Positions 38,701 through 50,680 of a stretch of DNA of 64,000 nt are shown here, piece by piece. Positions within the stretch are counted from its first letter, which is position 1. Each line of letters opens with the position of its first letter. Source of the stretch: Octopus bimaculoides (Eukaryota); the NCBI RefSeq assembly GCF_001194135.2, contig NC_068989.1, positions 25,624,671 to 25,688,670 of the forward strand, read 5' to 3'. The notes beneath the pieces are model-generated. The model made no database searches. It was not told where the DNA came from and was given only the letters and a program-made list of their open reading frames with translations. Made by a program: the position numbers and the translations under genes.

Positions 38701-39555
38701 GTTTATCATAACGGCCCAAGATCAATACCTACTTACAAGGAACAACCAGACCAACAAATTAAAGAACAGCAGTAGACCAAAATGTAGTGTATGTAAACAA
38801 CAAGATGAAACCAAACATCATGTTGTCTCCATGTACAGTTTTCTTGCGCCTAAGGAGTATCTCGACAGGCATGATAAAGCAGCACATTATATTCACTGGG
38901 TAATTTGCAAAACCTGGACTTACCCCATCATAAATCTGGTGGAAACACAAACCACTTCCAGTGCTTGAAAATGATTACATCTCACTCCTCTGGAACTTCA
39001 CCATTCAAATTGATAGAAAGATAGATTCAAATAGGCCAGACATTATATGAAAAACGCCAGACAAATATCGTACCTCCTCATTGATCTGACTGTCTCATTC
39101 GACATAAATGTATCTGTCAAGACCTACCAATAACTGAGCAACTATAAATTTCATGAAATAGGAATTGGCAAAATGTGAAGCCTCAAGACTAAAACAATAT
39201 CTGTTGTCACGGGTACCGTAGGAGTGATAGCAAAAGGGGTTGATTCATACTTAGCTCAGATACCAGGAAACACCAAAATGGCAGAAATTTAAAAGACAGT
39301 GCTCATGGGAATGCCCATATTCTACGTAAAATACTAAGTAATCTCAAATTATTAAACAAACTTTTAATTTTCATATGTTTTCTTAAATGTTCTCTCGAAC
39401 AATACTATGCGTAAAACCAAATATATGAGACCTTGGGCATAACACCAGCATGGACTTCTAACTCGTCTCTTGAGTTCTCTGAGTGAGATTTGGAGTCAAC
39501 TTGTACAAATACAATGCAAAAGTCAAACATATAATAATAATAATAATAATAATAA
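35770..39555 (+). mobile_element. Near full-length decayed R4/Dong-like retrotransposon (single ORF: N-terminal domain, RT, zinc motif, RLE; TAA tail)
   Basis: KWSRGYNKEILNAFY..NKLVSVRRNIMKKTFLTKSEIDQIK; KGCKRESYGCKDQLLINKMI; AWIDFKKAFDILSH; GIFQSDSLSLFLFCLAL; DDLKLYAK; LKSETEGFIITAQDQ; CSVCKQQDETKHHVVS; YLDRHDKAAHYIHW; NRPDI. Ends in (ATA)n at about 39530-39555. Many frameshifts. Confidence 0.93.
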
Positions 39556-39559
39556 TCCT

Positions 39560-39655
39560 TTTTTACTAAAGGCATAAAGCTTAAAATTTTAGGGTTGGGG
39601 TCTAGTCAATGGCATCGAACCCAGCATTTCACTGGTACTTTTTTATCGACCCCGA
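39560..39655 (-). mobile_element. SINE family B 3' fragment
   Basis: Similar to 63150-63235 (..ACTGGTACTTTTTTATCGACC..). Confidence 0.6.
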
Positions 39656-39669
39656 AATAACAATAATAA

Positions 39670-40218
39670 ATTTGATGACACAATAGACCATCCCGTCTCT
39701 GGATGTCCAGTGCCGACACCAAACGTATACAAATGTCGCCATGTTAGAGTAGGACATGATTTACATTGGAAAATATGTAAACAGTACAAAATCAGTATTC
39801 TTGCTTACATCATCCTGAGCAAATTGTTGAAGGTAAAATGTCACTGTCCTCTGGAATTTTCCAGTCAACAACGACAGAATGATCCAGTCTAATCGATCAA
39901 ACATAGTCATTAAATACTCAGAAGAGAATACTTGTAGATTAATAGTTGTAAATGTTCTCACTGATAAAAATATATGTGTAAAGGAATTTGACAAATTATG
40001 TAAATATAAGGACCTGGAAATTGAAATATAAAAGATGTGGCATCTTAAGTGAGAACTGTTCCTGTTATTTTGGATGCCCTAAGTATGATGAAAAAGGTAT
40101 GACAGATACATCTAGATAATATCCCAGGGGAAACATGTCTCAGAGATATCCAAAAGATTGTACTGACAAGTATTGTCTATATCTTTGCAAAATCCTTTCA
40201 ATTTAAATGTCTGCCACT
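39670..40218 (+). mobile_element. R4/Dong-like RLE 3' fragment
   Basis: TIDHPVSGCPVPTPNVYKCRHVRVGHDLHWKICK; KYKDLEIEI*KMWHLK; VPVILDALSM; KILSI* stop at about 40206. Confidence 0.85.
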
Positions 40219-40979
40219 CGTCTTACGAAAACTGATTCCTGACATGGCTAAGTTAGTTTTACTCCGCTTTCGAGCTCTAAGTACAGCTTTGTCTACCAGG
40301 TGTTTAGACTTGTCACCTCTTTCACTTACGCTTGCAACACTTCTGCTTATGTGGCAGGACTCCATTTCTTCCAGATGTTCGTACATTGACTCGGCGACTA
40401 TTTCAGTCAATAATTTCCCCATAAGTGGCAAGCAGGATATCGGTTTGTAATTGGCTACCGCATTGCCTTTTTCGATGTTTTTCAAGTACAGCACTGCCCT
40501 ACCCATTGTCAACCACTCTGGTGTTACTTGGTCGGCATTTAACCAGGTGTTGAGTTGTACAGCTATTCGTGCATGATGTTCACCAAATCTTTTGATCTAA
40601 TAGCCTTGAACTCTATCTGGTCCTCGGGCCTACCAGTTGCCCATTTTTTTTGCTGTTTTCTTTCACTTCCCTTACTGAAATGATTAGTTCTGCCTGTTTT
40701 GGACAGTTCTTGTAACCAATCAGCATCCTTCATGTGGGTCCTTGTCTTTGCACCAAAAGCTTTGACTTTCAATGTTATCTGATATCAACTTTTCATCTGT
40801 ACACTCACCATTTATTTCTTTGTATAATCTATTCTGCTCTATGTTGAATAACTTATGCTGCTGAGATCCCTTCACTCTTTGGTCGTATCTTACCACCTTT
40901 GCTTTCTTTGCAACGAGGCTTTGTTTCAGTTCCTCCATTACCACTTCCAGACCCTTTCTGTCAATATCATACTTCCTGT
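40219..40979 (-). mobile_element. Inverted segment of an R4/Dong-like element (pre-RT to RT N-terminus)
   Basis: NRKYDIDRKGLEVVMEELKQSLVAK..; WLTMGRAVLYLKNIEKGNAVANYKPISCLPLMGKLLT; KTNLAMSGISFRKT (decayed LAMAWIDYRKA). Confidence 0.88.
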
Positions 40980-41590
40980 TCAGTGCCGTGTATTTTCGTT
41001 CTCTTTTGGATTATGGAATGTATGAACCTATTTGGTATTACATTCAATGTTGAGCGATTGCTTGGAAAATTTATGACGAAATGGAGGACAGAACTGGTAG
41101 CATATGGAAGACGTTTAGGGACAATAGGAATCAGGAGAGGCATCTTGCAAGGGGACTGCCTGTCCCCACTGATTTTTGTTCTGTGCATGATAACACTAAC
41201 ACTGATTCTCAGGAAATCAAAATCTTGGTATTTACTCAAAAGCCGTTAACAAAAAAATCATCCACTGGTTATTCATGGATGACATCAAGCTTTATGGTAA
41301 AGATGGATCCCAAGTGAGCTCCCTCGTTGATACGTTGTATACTTTCAGTGTTAATATCAGAATGGAGTTCGGACTGAAAAAGTGTGGTATGTTAGCCTAG
41401 AAATGAAGCAAAATCAAATGTTTGGACGGGCTAACGATACTATCGGGGGAGGTTATGAAGTAAGTAGAAGAGACGGGCTATAAGTACTTGGTGACATTGG
41501 AAATTGATAAATTCATGGAGATAGAAGTGACAGAAAAATTTAAGGAGGAGTACTTGCGCAGACTGAAACTGATCCTTAAGTCGAAATCTA
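40980..41590 (+). mobile_element. R4/Dong-like RT core continuing the inverted segment
   Basis: Begins (S)VP..WIMECMNLFG; GIRRGILQGDCLSPLIFVLCM; WLFMDDIKLYGK; MEFGLKKCGML; EEYLRRLKLILKSK. Confidence 0.88.
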
Positions 41591-41599
41591 GATTCTGTA

Positions 41600-42630
41600 A
41601 TGAAAAATCGCTTTGCCATGAGGCCGATGCGAACACCACCTCTTGTCTGTATTCAGACTGGGAGGAAGGAAATTATTCTTTTTTTCTGTTTTTTTTCTTC
41701 GGTTGGGACGTCTACGACTAAACCGGCAACCCGGCAGAACTTGCTCTGTGAGGTTGGTGTATGAGTTTTGCTATTTTGACACACTACAGTAAGAAGAACA
41801 AGACCTGTATAAAGGCGGAAGAAATGAATGTGGCTGTAATGGAGTACTACGTTCTAGGTAGTCCGAGAAATTATGATGACGTACCAGCTAGGGAAGATAG
41901 AAAAAGAATACACAAGGCATGGAGCAACAGAAGCCTATTTGAATTAAGTTAATAAAACCCGTGTGACCAAGCTAGAGCTATCAGAAAGAAGGAATGGTCA
42001 TCTTCAGTTGAACTAGAAAACATTAAGAGACGAGTGCTTAACGGTGAACGGAAGAATGAGGAAGAGAATGCAGATAATGATACTATACCAGTAGAGTTAA
42101 TGGGAGAAAACGAGCAAGAGGCTGAGATTATCGGTAATTTTAAATGTAATCATTGATATTTAGATCTCCGGAGAACAGAGCTTTTAGATGGGGTTTAAAA
42201 TAGTAGACAGAATGAAACTCAATGAATGGGTCAGGAAGATAAATGATATCACTGGTAATATCAGGACTGACAACATTATAGACACCGACAATCTGATAAA
42301 TGCAATCGCCATCTTTATAGCTCGGAAGTTAGATTTGAAATGTCAACATAACCTGAAGTAACCATGGTGGAAAAGGAGAATAACGCAGTCTGCTAACGAG
42401 ACTAGGAAACATATTAATATTCTGGAACGGAAAAAGAAGAAATGAAGTTCAGTGAGTGAAATATGTTGAGCTAGAGAGAAGGTATAATGTAAGAGAAAGG
42501 GAATCAATCTTATGATTGAGGAATTAAAACATAGGTTGAAAGCTAAAGCACATAAACTAAAGAGATGTGAACAGAGAATTGAGCGGTACAGATTAAACAG
42601 ACTTTTCGAACAAAATCAGAAACTGGTTAG
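41600..42630 (+). mobile_element. 5' part (UTR and N-terminal domain) of another R4/Dong-like element
   Basis: EMNVAVMEYYVLGSP; CDQARAIRKKEWSSSVELENIKRRV; PWWKRRI; IEELKHRLKAKAHKLKRCEQRIERYRLNRLFEQNQK. Confidence 0.8.
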
Positions 42631-42634
42631 GAAA

Positions 42635-43255
42635 GAAAGAAGTGCTTTTGGGGGGTAGTATGGACATTTTCTTTGTCTATCTATGACTTGCAATCGTACT
42701 TTCGAAAGTACTCTGTAAACGCTACACCATCCTGTTTCATAACTGAATTCTGTCATAGATTTCGATACACCGTCTGGCGAAAACGGACTTATAGTGTTTC
42801 ATGACTTTTTAAGACATAGCACCATTAACTGTTGTTCTTTTACTTGTTGCTGAAGTAGTTGTTTCTGCAACTCCTGTTGCTTTTCTTGCTGCTACGTTTG
42901 CAACTGTATTATAGAAGCTAATAAGTCTTCCAACATTAACAACTTTGTATAACAAAAAGTAAGCTTACCTACGTGAAATTCGAATACTCGTCGCCCATAT
43001 TGTTGTAGCGCCATTTGTTATGACGATACTTTTTTGCATTATAACCGTGTAGTAACAATAAAACATATATCGAAACAATAACAATAAAATAGTAACAATA
43101 AACAAATAACGAAACTAAAGTTAATACACGGAATTCAAAAACATGTTTTGTGTATCTTATTTCGTAACCAAAAAGCAGGTGCAGATTATAAGCATTGAAC
43201 GACCGATTTTGATGATTCACTAGATCCGACCTTGGATCTTGAAAGTTTGCATAAA
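42635..43255 (-). mobile_element. Gypsy (Mag-like) 5' end: LTR remnant, PBS-like motif, gag N-terminus
   Basis: Minus strand ..TACAACA-ATAT-GGGCGACGAG (LTR end, then PBS-like motif at 42987-42996); MLEDLLASIIQLQT*QQEKQQELQKQLLQQQ..SPFSPDGVSKSMTEFSYE resembles gag N-termini of this family. The far LTR boundary is uncertain. Confidence 0.7.
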
Positions 43256-43264
43256 TCATGGCTT

Positions 43265-43745
43265 AGTTAAATGAGTTGTGACTCCAAATGTTGTCATCAG
43301 TTGTGCAGCGCTGTATTGTCTAATTTGGTTTTGAAAGTCCTTGTAATCCTCAATGGCTGTGGAGGTAGAGGATAGCAGGGTGTTTAACCTTTCCACCACT
43401 GCAGCACAGTGCAGTTGTTTTCCCAGGCCACTTCCTCACTTTTGCAACTATGGAAACTCTTGTGTCATCTGCATAATGAACTGCTGGATCATAACTGAAA
43501 GCTGCTTCATACAATTTGCTTCTCTAAGCTGTTGCAACTGATCTTCGATCTGCGGTGGAGTTCCTATTCCTTGTCACCTGTGCATACCTCTGTTAAACAC
43601 TTTCAGATACTCTGGCTTTTGTAGTGCACAGTCTGTTCGTTTCTTGGTATACTTCCTGTTCTGCATTTGTCTCTCTTTCCCTGGATAGAGACATTCTTTT
43701 GACTGACTCTGACATTGTAGACAAATTTGACACTTTCCTTCTAGG
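43265..43745 (-). mobile_element. Decayed LINE RT fragment (CR1/L2-like)
   Basis: DPAVHYADDTRVS (YADD motif) at about 43480-43520 on the minus strand. Confidence 0.6.
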
Positions 43746-43774
43746 CATAGTTATATACGTATACAAAAATACAC

Positions 43775-43828
43775 TTTTATGAAAAAGTTTTTTAAATATT
43801 GCAATATTTAAAAAACTTTTTCATAAAA
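43775..43828. repeat. Perfect 54-bp palindrome with no spacer
   Basis: TTTTATGAAAAAGTTTTTTAAATATTG|CAATATTTAAAAAACTTTTTCATAAAA: 27+27 nt, exact reverse complements. Confidence 0.97.
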
Positions 43829-44754
43829 ACATCAGAATGAAGAGCATAAAATATGTTCTGGGTCAAATTATTCACGCACCACAAGTATGGAAGCAATTGG
43901 TGAATCCGTTTTCGCGTGAAAGCGAATACACACATATCTCTATGTAAGGGAGATAATCAATTTTTGAAAGTTATCTTACTTCTCCACGTAACCCAGGAAT
44001 GGGTCATTTCTGCTTCCACATAGGCTGTTACTCATTATGTGAACATTTTAAGAGTTTAAAACCATCGCAGGAGCATAAGTAATGTATATTCTCACTTTGG
44101 AGAAAATAAGCTGAAAATTCCTGTCGTTATAATCTTTTACACGCATACACATACACAGAGACAGAACGATATATATATAATTGATATATATTCACATGTG
44201 CACGTGTGTGTAAATGTATGTTCTTTGTGAGTGTTTTTTACGTTGTCAATGCGACAATACTTACGAAGAAATAATCTTTCTATAAGTTCCTAGTAAAAAA
44301 AAAGTATTTTATTTAGAAATCAATTAAGGGTTGTCAACAAGAAGTGCATTAAGCTATACAATTTTTGTATAGGGAAAATATATCTCTTATAATGATAATG
44401 ATGACGATTTTGGCGATGAGTACTCTTATGATAATGATGATTATTCACTCTGCTTGAAAGGGGCGGAGTGGTCATGGTTGGAACACATTTGCTCATAGCT
44501 CTGCTTCAACAATGTTGATCTCGTGCAAAAACGGCGACCACCACCACTACTAGCTACGACAATAGCTTAAACAACAACTTACTCTTTTGTGTAGTTCCAA
44601 GCTGATAATGGATTCATTCCGCTCATGTTCGGATTCGATTTTTAAATATTTTTCTTTTTCCCTAAATTGATAAATGGTAAACAACTAGAAATTTCCGAAA
44701 ATATGCAAATATTGTATTAAATTAAAAATGGTTTGCAAATGAACTTAAATTATT

Positions 44755-45050
44755 AACTCATCCCTTCTTTTTCGCCCACGTATTTCTGGGACACAGTCCT
44801 CAACCATACCTTTCTGAAGGTTCTGTCAGAAGCAACCATGTCCAATTTATAAGTCAGAATCCCCAAGGGAGACCATCCAACCATATTTTAGGTGGTCTAC
44901 CCCAGCGTCACCTGTCGTGGTTTTTGCACACAGCACCTGTCCTGTGACTCTTTCCTGAAACATTCTTACCACAAACCTAATCTCTCTCAAGTCGGAGAAG
45001 TAGCGTCTCTATTTGAAGTATTTCTCTGTTCTCCAATTTCTTACTATTTT
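44755..45050 (-). mobile_element. Decayed RTE-like LINE 3' end
   Basis: GRPPKIWLDG followed, after a frameshift, by ASDRTFRKGMVEDCV, resembling GRPxxRWxD..W...A.DR..WR. Confidence 0.5.
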
Positions 45051-45721
45051 TTTTTTTGCAATAACGCTGTACCGTTGTAAAAGGAATAAATTTTAAAGTC
45101 TCACTTCAAACCTGACTTATAGGTGCATGGCTAAGCGTCCCTTCCCTCACATACATGCACAAAAAAGTTGTGAAGGAGTCAAATCAGTAGTTCTCACTCT
45201 TCCGATTTGTGGCACAAAACATTAAAAACTACTGACACAATTTAAAAGTTACTGGCGCATTTTGCTTGTAGCTGACAATATACTCAAATATTTATCATAT
45301 TTTTTGCATTTTAGATTCCAATTAATTTTTATCGATCGGGTATATTATGAAAGACATAACACATGTTAACATTCTAGCTGTTCTTTTACATGATTTACTA
45401 AGGATTATACATCATCCAATAAGTTCTTGTTAATTTTTCTTTCGCAAGCTGGAGTATGGTTGAAAAGAGATTTACCGGTTACTTCTTATTTAGTGCATTT
45501 CGTTCTTTGCATCTATCTAATTTTGCTGTAACAGTTATATATCTCTTCCGATTTAATCATTTATTGTGCTATAATATTCACTACGATTCATTATGTTAAT
45601 AATATTAAAAAAAATCCCCCAAAATAGGAGAACCAACGGTGTCATTTCAATTAACGCATTAAGGGTTCTGTCAATATATTTCTGCTCAAATAAATCTGGA
45701 ATCCCATTTCATACACTAGTA

Positions 45722-45723
<2 letters not shown>

Positions 45724-45789
<66 letters not shown>

Positions 45790-46617
45790 NNNNNNNNNNN
45801 NNNNNNNNNNNNNNNNNNNNNNNNNNNNNNNNNNNNNNNNNNNNNNNNNNNNNNNNNNNNNNNNNNNNNNNNNNNNNNNNNNNNNNNNNNNNNNNNNNNN
45901 NNNNNNNNNNNNNNNNNNNNNNNNNNNNNNNNNNNNNNNNNNNNNNNNNNNNNNNNNNNNNNNNNNNNNNNNNNNNNNNNNNNNNNNNNNNNNNNNNNNN
46001 NNNNNNNNNNNNNNNNNNNNNNNNNNNNNNNNNNNNNNNNNNNNNNNNNNNNNNNNNNNNNNNNNNNNNNNNNNNNNNNNNNNNNNNNNNNNNNNNNNNN
46101 NNNNNNNNNNNNNNNNNNNNNNNNNNNNNNNNNNNNNNNNNNNNNNNNNNNNNNNNNNNNNNNNNNNNNNNNNNNNNNNNNNNNNNNNNNNNNNNNNNNN
46201 NNNNNNNNNNNNNNNNNNNNNNNNNNNNNNNNNNNNNNNNNNNNNNNNNNNNNNNNNNNNNNNNNNNNNNNNNNNNNNNNNNNNNNNNNNNNNNNNNNNN
46301 NNNNNNNNNNNNNNNNNNNNNNNNNNNNNNNNNNNNNNNNNNNNNNNNNNNNNNNNNNNNNNNNNNNNNNNNNNNNNNNNNNNNNNNNNNNNNNNNNNNN
46401 NNNNNNNNNNNNNNNNNNNNNNNNNNNNNNNNNNNNNNNNNNNNNNNNNNNNNNNNNNNNNNNNNNNNNNNNNNNNNNNNNNNNNNNNNNNNNNNNNNNN
46501 NNNNNNNNNNNNNNNNNNNNNNNNNNNNNNNNNNNNNNNNNNNNNNNNNNNNNNNNNNNNNNNNNNNNNNNNNNNNNNNNNNNNNNNNNNNNNNNNNNNN
46601 NNNNNNNNNNNNNNNNN

Positions 46618-46667
<50 letters not shown>
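45724..46667. repeat. (GT)n microsatellite spanning an assembly gap
   Basis: (GT)n on both sides of the N-run 45790-46617. Confidence 0.95.
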
Positions 46668-46670
<3 letters not shown>

Positions 46671-47660
46671 AACTTCGAAAGTGTTATCGTGTAACGACTA
46701 AAATACGTATTTCAAGAAACGAAGCAAAACTAATGTAAAACGAATGCAAAGAAAAAAATGTTTTTCCAATGTTACTACGCTAACAAAAGATTTTGGCCGA
46801 GACTTTATATTGCATTCGCAACGTCTGATTGTGGAAACAATAAATAATAATGCTTAAATATATTTTGTTCACATCTGCTTCATTAGAACTAATATTTAAA
46901 TGAATACGTATTGATTAATACATAAATGTCAGCGATAAAGCTGGACCTTTATATATAATGTAACATAAAATAATTTATGGTGATGAATGTGTCATAAAAT
47001 CAATTATATATAAACATAAACCTGTCGCTGATGCGACAATAAAGTATATTTCACAATTATACAAATGTGTATTAATTTGATATAGAATTTTAATGAAATA
47101 TCGAAGCAGTTTTCGACAAAGTCTCCGAAACTGAGTCTGTCTACTGACGTAGATAAAAATGTGAGAGGAAGGAGAGATATAAAGAGGGAGAGAGGGAGAG
47201 AAAGTGAGGGAGAGAGAGTGGTTATTCCATGCCATTTATATACTATGATAAATTACCGACAGAAATCATTTTCATACCTGACAACTAAGCTGTATCTACG
47301 ATGAGATTTGAAAGCAGTTTTGTTGCGAACATATTGAAGAATATTGCAAATATACATTTTCATAATAGCCAAGGCAGAAAAAAAATTGATTGGAATGATA
47401 GTACTGTTTTCTTTGAACATCTACAAGATCAGACAGCAGACACTGACATTTGAAGACAAAAACGGGCAACTGATAAAGATAAACGAGATATACTGCTTAT
47501 TTCTAAAATACCGTTCCAAGTGTAATGTGAGATTGACATCAACAATCAATCATCCACTCTATAACGTTCAAACACCATATATAAGAGATTGAAATGTATG
47601 GGGATATTTGACTTCATAAATGTATATACGTAATCTGTTTCTGTATTTTTCCTTCTGTAG

Positions 47661-47733
47661 TGCAGAGAATGTCGCAACAACTTACATCATTCACAGACTG
47701 TGTCCTTGCATCGCCAGGAAATATCTAGTTAGA
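47661..47733 (+). CDS. Candidate 73-nt internal exon of an unidentified host gene (xAENVATTYIIHRLCPCIARKYLVR)
   Basis: Acceptor TGTATTTTTCCTTCTGTAG, donor GA|GTGAGA, exactly one open frame, about 42% GC against AT-rich flanks, no repeat similarity noticed. No partner exons or homologue recognised. Confidence 0.35.
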
Positions 47734-48722
47734 GTGAGAGTTAATTTTGATTCTATACTTCGTTGGTTATTCCGCCCATTTTGCTTTTTCATTATTTGAA
47801 TAGAAATACGAAAGCATATGCAAGACTCATCGAGTTTCGCTGTCATTTTTCAGGGACATTCACATAAAATGTATATAGATCTTCAGCACCTATGTAAATC
47901 TATAAAGATTTAGATAATAAAATATATGCATGAACAATATAGAGACTATCATATTGATGAAAGAAACATGATCCAAAGTTTCCTTACCGAGCAAATATGC
48001 ATCTATCCCTTATTCAATGCTTATCTCTTCCTAGTACTATTCAAATTTCCATTCAAGTAAGATCATATTAAATTTCATGTTAATGTCTTCGTAAATCTCT
48101 ACTCATTGACGAATAGGAACAAATTGAACGACACAACTATATTCAGCGCTGCTCTTCTCTGCCCCTCCTCAGTGGGCCATAGTTCTTAAAATGTCCCGCT
48201 AACGCCATGTATTTAGTTTAAGTAAGATCATCTGTAGTCATGTTTCAGACAGGAATGTTCTAATAGTGGTGTAAGACTATGTTTTCATTTGTTTTTCATC
48301 TTCCGACGTAGATGCTTTCTGTCAGACCGCAGTGAGCGCTAATTGAGCTATTGTTCTCTATTTCTCAAATCCACTGATAGACTTCGGTGTAGCACTATGA
48401 TAAAGTGTGTCCTCTACACCCTTTCGCATCTATTTAATTTGCATGCAGATAATATCATATTCCACTACCCTAAACAATTTGCATACACGCTTTATTCACG
48501 TGTAACTTTGTAACTTTATGCTTAACATTATCTGTTTTCATGACAAGAGTCACGATTACATTAGTCAATGCTGACTTGAAAATATAGTCATTTTTATTAT
48601 TACGAAAAATAACTGTTCATATAAAGGAAATGATTCTATATACCCGCTCTTAAATTAGTGAATATAAACCAGTTAGAGTCTTTATTCCAAATTCTGCAAT
48701 AAAATTCCAGATAACAGATGAG

Positions 48723-48783
48723 ATTCTTTCCATTGCATCGTATTTCATACAATTTGTAACGAAATACTAATGCGATGAAGAAT
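48723..48783 (+). other. 61-nt imperfect hairpin, pre-miRNA-like in size
   Basis: AUUCUU/AAGAAU, AUUGCAU/AUGCGAU (one G-U), GUAUUUC/GAAAUAC and a UAC/GUA stem closing a short loop; folded by eye. Confidence 0.25.
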
Positions 48784-50494
48784 ATCCCTTCGCAATCGCA
48801 TTATGCCAGGCTTAATCAAAATTCGCGACGAGACATGTATTGTGCTGTAAGTTTTGTGATTGAAATTGCTTTGACTAAATCCCGTCTACTAGACTGTGCA
48901 TGACGTGTTGAGGTATGGATTCCCCTGAGCCGTACATCATGCGTTAGTCTTGTGAAACAGGAAACATTTAAATACTATATTTCACAATATATCTTCTTAT
49001 TTTTACTTCTAATAGCCACATATACATTACACAGTGAGATTGCATTCCCAAACTTAACCTTCTTCTACAACTCCGGAAGCTACAACAAACAACTCAGATG
49101 AGTTGTTAATTCGCTATGAAGCTAAAATATAATCCATATCTCTGATGCAGATGCTTTTCAACACACACCTAAATGGGCATCCAAGAGAAGATTATATGAT
49201 TGTGTAATAAATTTCCAATCACGAATAACTGCAGAAATAACAACACACTTCAATTCTCAACGTTCTCACTAATTTCTTACACACATCGTTTTGTGGAAAT
49301 GCAAACAGAACACTAATTTTATCAATCTCGACAGTGTTAACGTACAGCGAAGTTCAAAGTAACTACCACCTTGCCCTGACTAAATTATTATTCACATATA
49401 CAACCAGGAACATATTCGATCATACAGAAACATAAATATATTATTTCAAAGTTAAACTCGTAAACTAACTTATATACTTTCATAAATGTTTTTATATAAC
49501 CATATAATGGCTCTTCCTGAAGTTCATCAAATGTATCAAAACCTAGAAAAGTTTTGAAACACTTTCATGTTATTACCATGGTTTGTATCTTCAAAAATTA
49601 TTAACCGCTCCTTTCTTCTATAATGCTACAGTAAATCGAAAGAATTATTCTTGCATCTTAATAACGCATACAACTATTAACTTAATTTTAATTTCACGAA
49701 TTATCAAAATACTCGCTGATCTAGTTACTACAAACGTAAATATGTATCACTGACAAGGACATGGTTGTGACAGCTCATGGCAAGGAATATACTTGACAAT
49801 AAACATAGCTGCTCACAGCTCATGAAATGAATGGAGAGTGAATTTAAAAGATTCAGTGTCTAAGAAGGCATTTCCATAAGGTAAATTCATAACTTTCAAA
49901 GCAGGGTATCGAATCAAGTTACTTTACTCTGCGTGTGAGTGTATGTGTATGTGTGTTTTATATCTGCCGTATGATTTAATCCGTTTAAATTTAATTGTCA
50001 AATTCAGAATGCTGATATTAATTATCAGTGGGCGTAAAAATACCGTACTTCCGTCGACGCACTGGAACTAATTGCTTAACTGATTAATTATTCTCAAAAC
50101 TCTGATAGGAATTGTTGACGTATAAAATAAATGTAGGTTAATTCAAAGGACCATGAAAATAATTGAATTCTTCACAGTCTAACCTAACTGCTGTAATTTA
50201 TACCGTGTTGTTGTCAGATCTACTGAGCCAGATTTAAAGGTTAATTCACAAAAACAGCACCTAAACAACGAAAGCTGTGTTAGGAGCTAAACTGTCAAAT
50301 ATTATGTTAAAAACTACTAAAAGGACTAAGTCATCTTTGAAAACTTTTCATCGTAATATAACGAAAGATGGAGGATAAATTAGCATATTGCATTTTCAAG
50401 AAGCTGTATATTTCTAAACAAATGGAATGAAAGAACACACAAATAAGTTTTGCAATGAGTTGTATTCTCATTTCATACTTCTTGATGTTAGCAT

Positions 50495-50680
50495 TGAGCA
50501 GTGGGCTGGCAGAAACATTCGAGGAGCGGATAAATTTTATTGCAGTTTGTAGTTATAACTCTCTACGGTCAGAGTTAAACGCCAATTTAGGTCAGCACTG
50601 ATTTCTACATTTCCTGGACTCTGGAAACAAATGAGTGAATGAATGAATGAATAAATAAATAAATAAATAAATAAATAAAA
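50495..50680 (+). mobile_element. Old SINE family B copy with (GAAT)n(AAAT)n tail
   Basis: GGGCTGGCAGAAAC head, GAGTTAAACGCC..AGGTC body, then tetranucleotide repeats. Confidence 0.5.

Noticed and set aside
47661-47729. Alternative frame CRECRNNLHHSQTVSLHRQEISS* with C2H2-like spacing
   Set aside because: Lacks the final His, hits a stop and has no neighbouring fingers; likely coincidence.
48312-48331. 20-nt microexon (TAG|ATGCTTTCTGTCAGACCGCA|GTGAGC)
   Set aside because: Too short to tell from chance without RNA-seq junctions.
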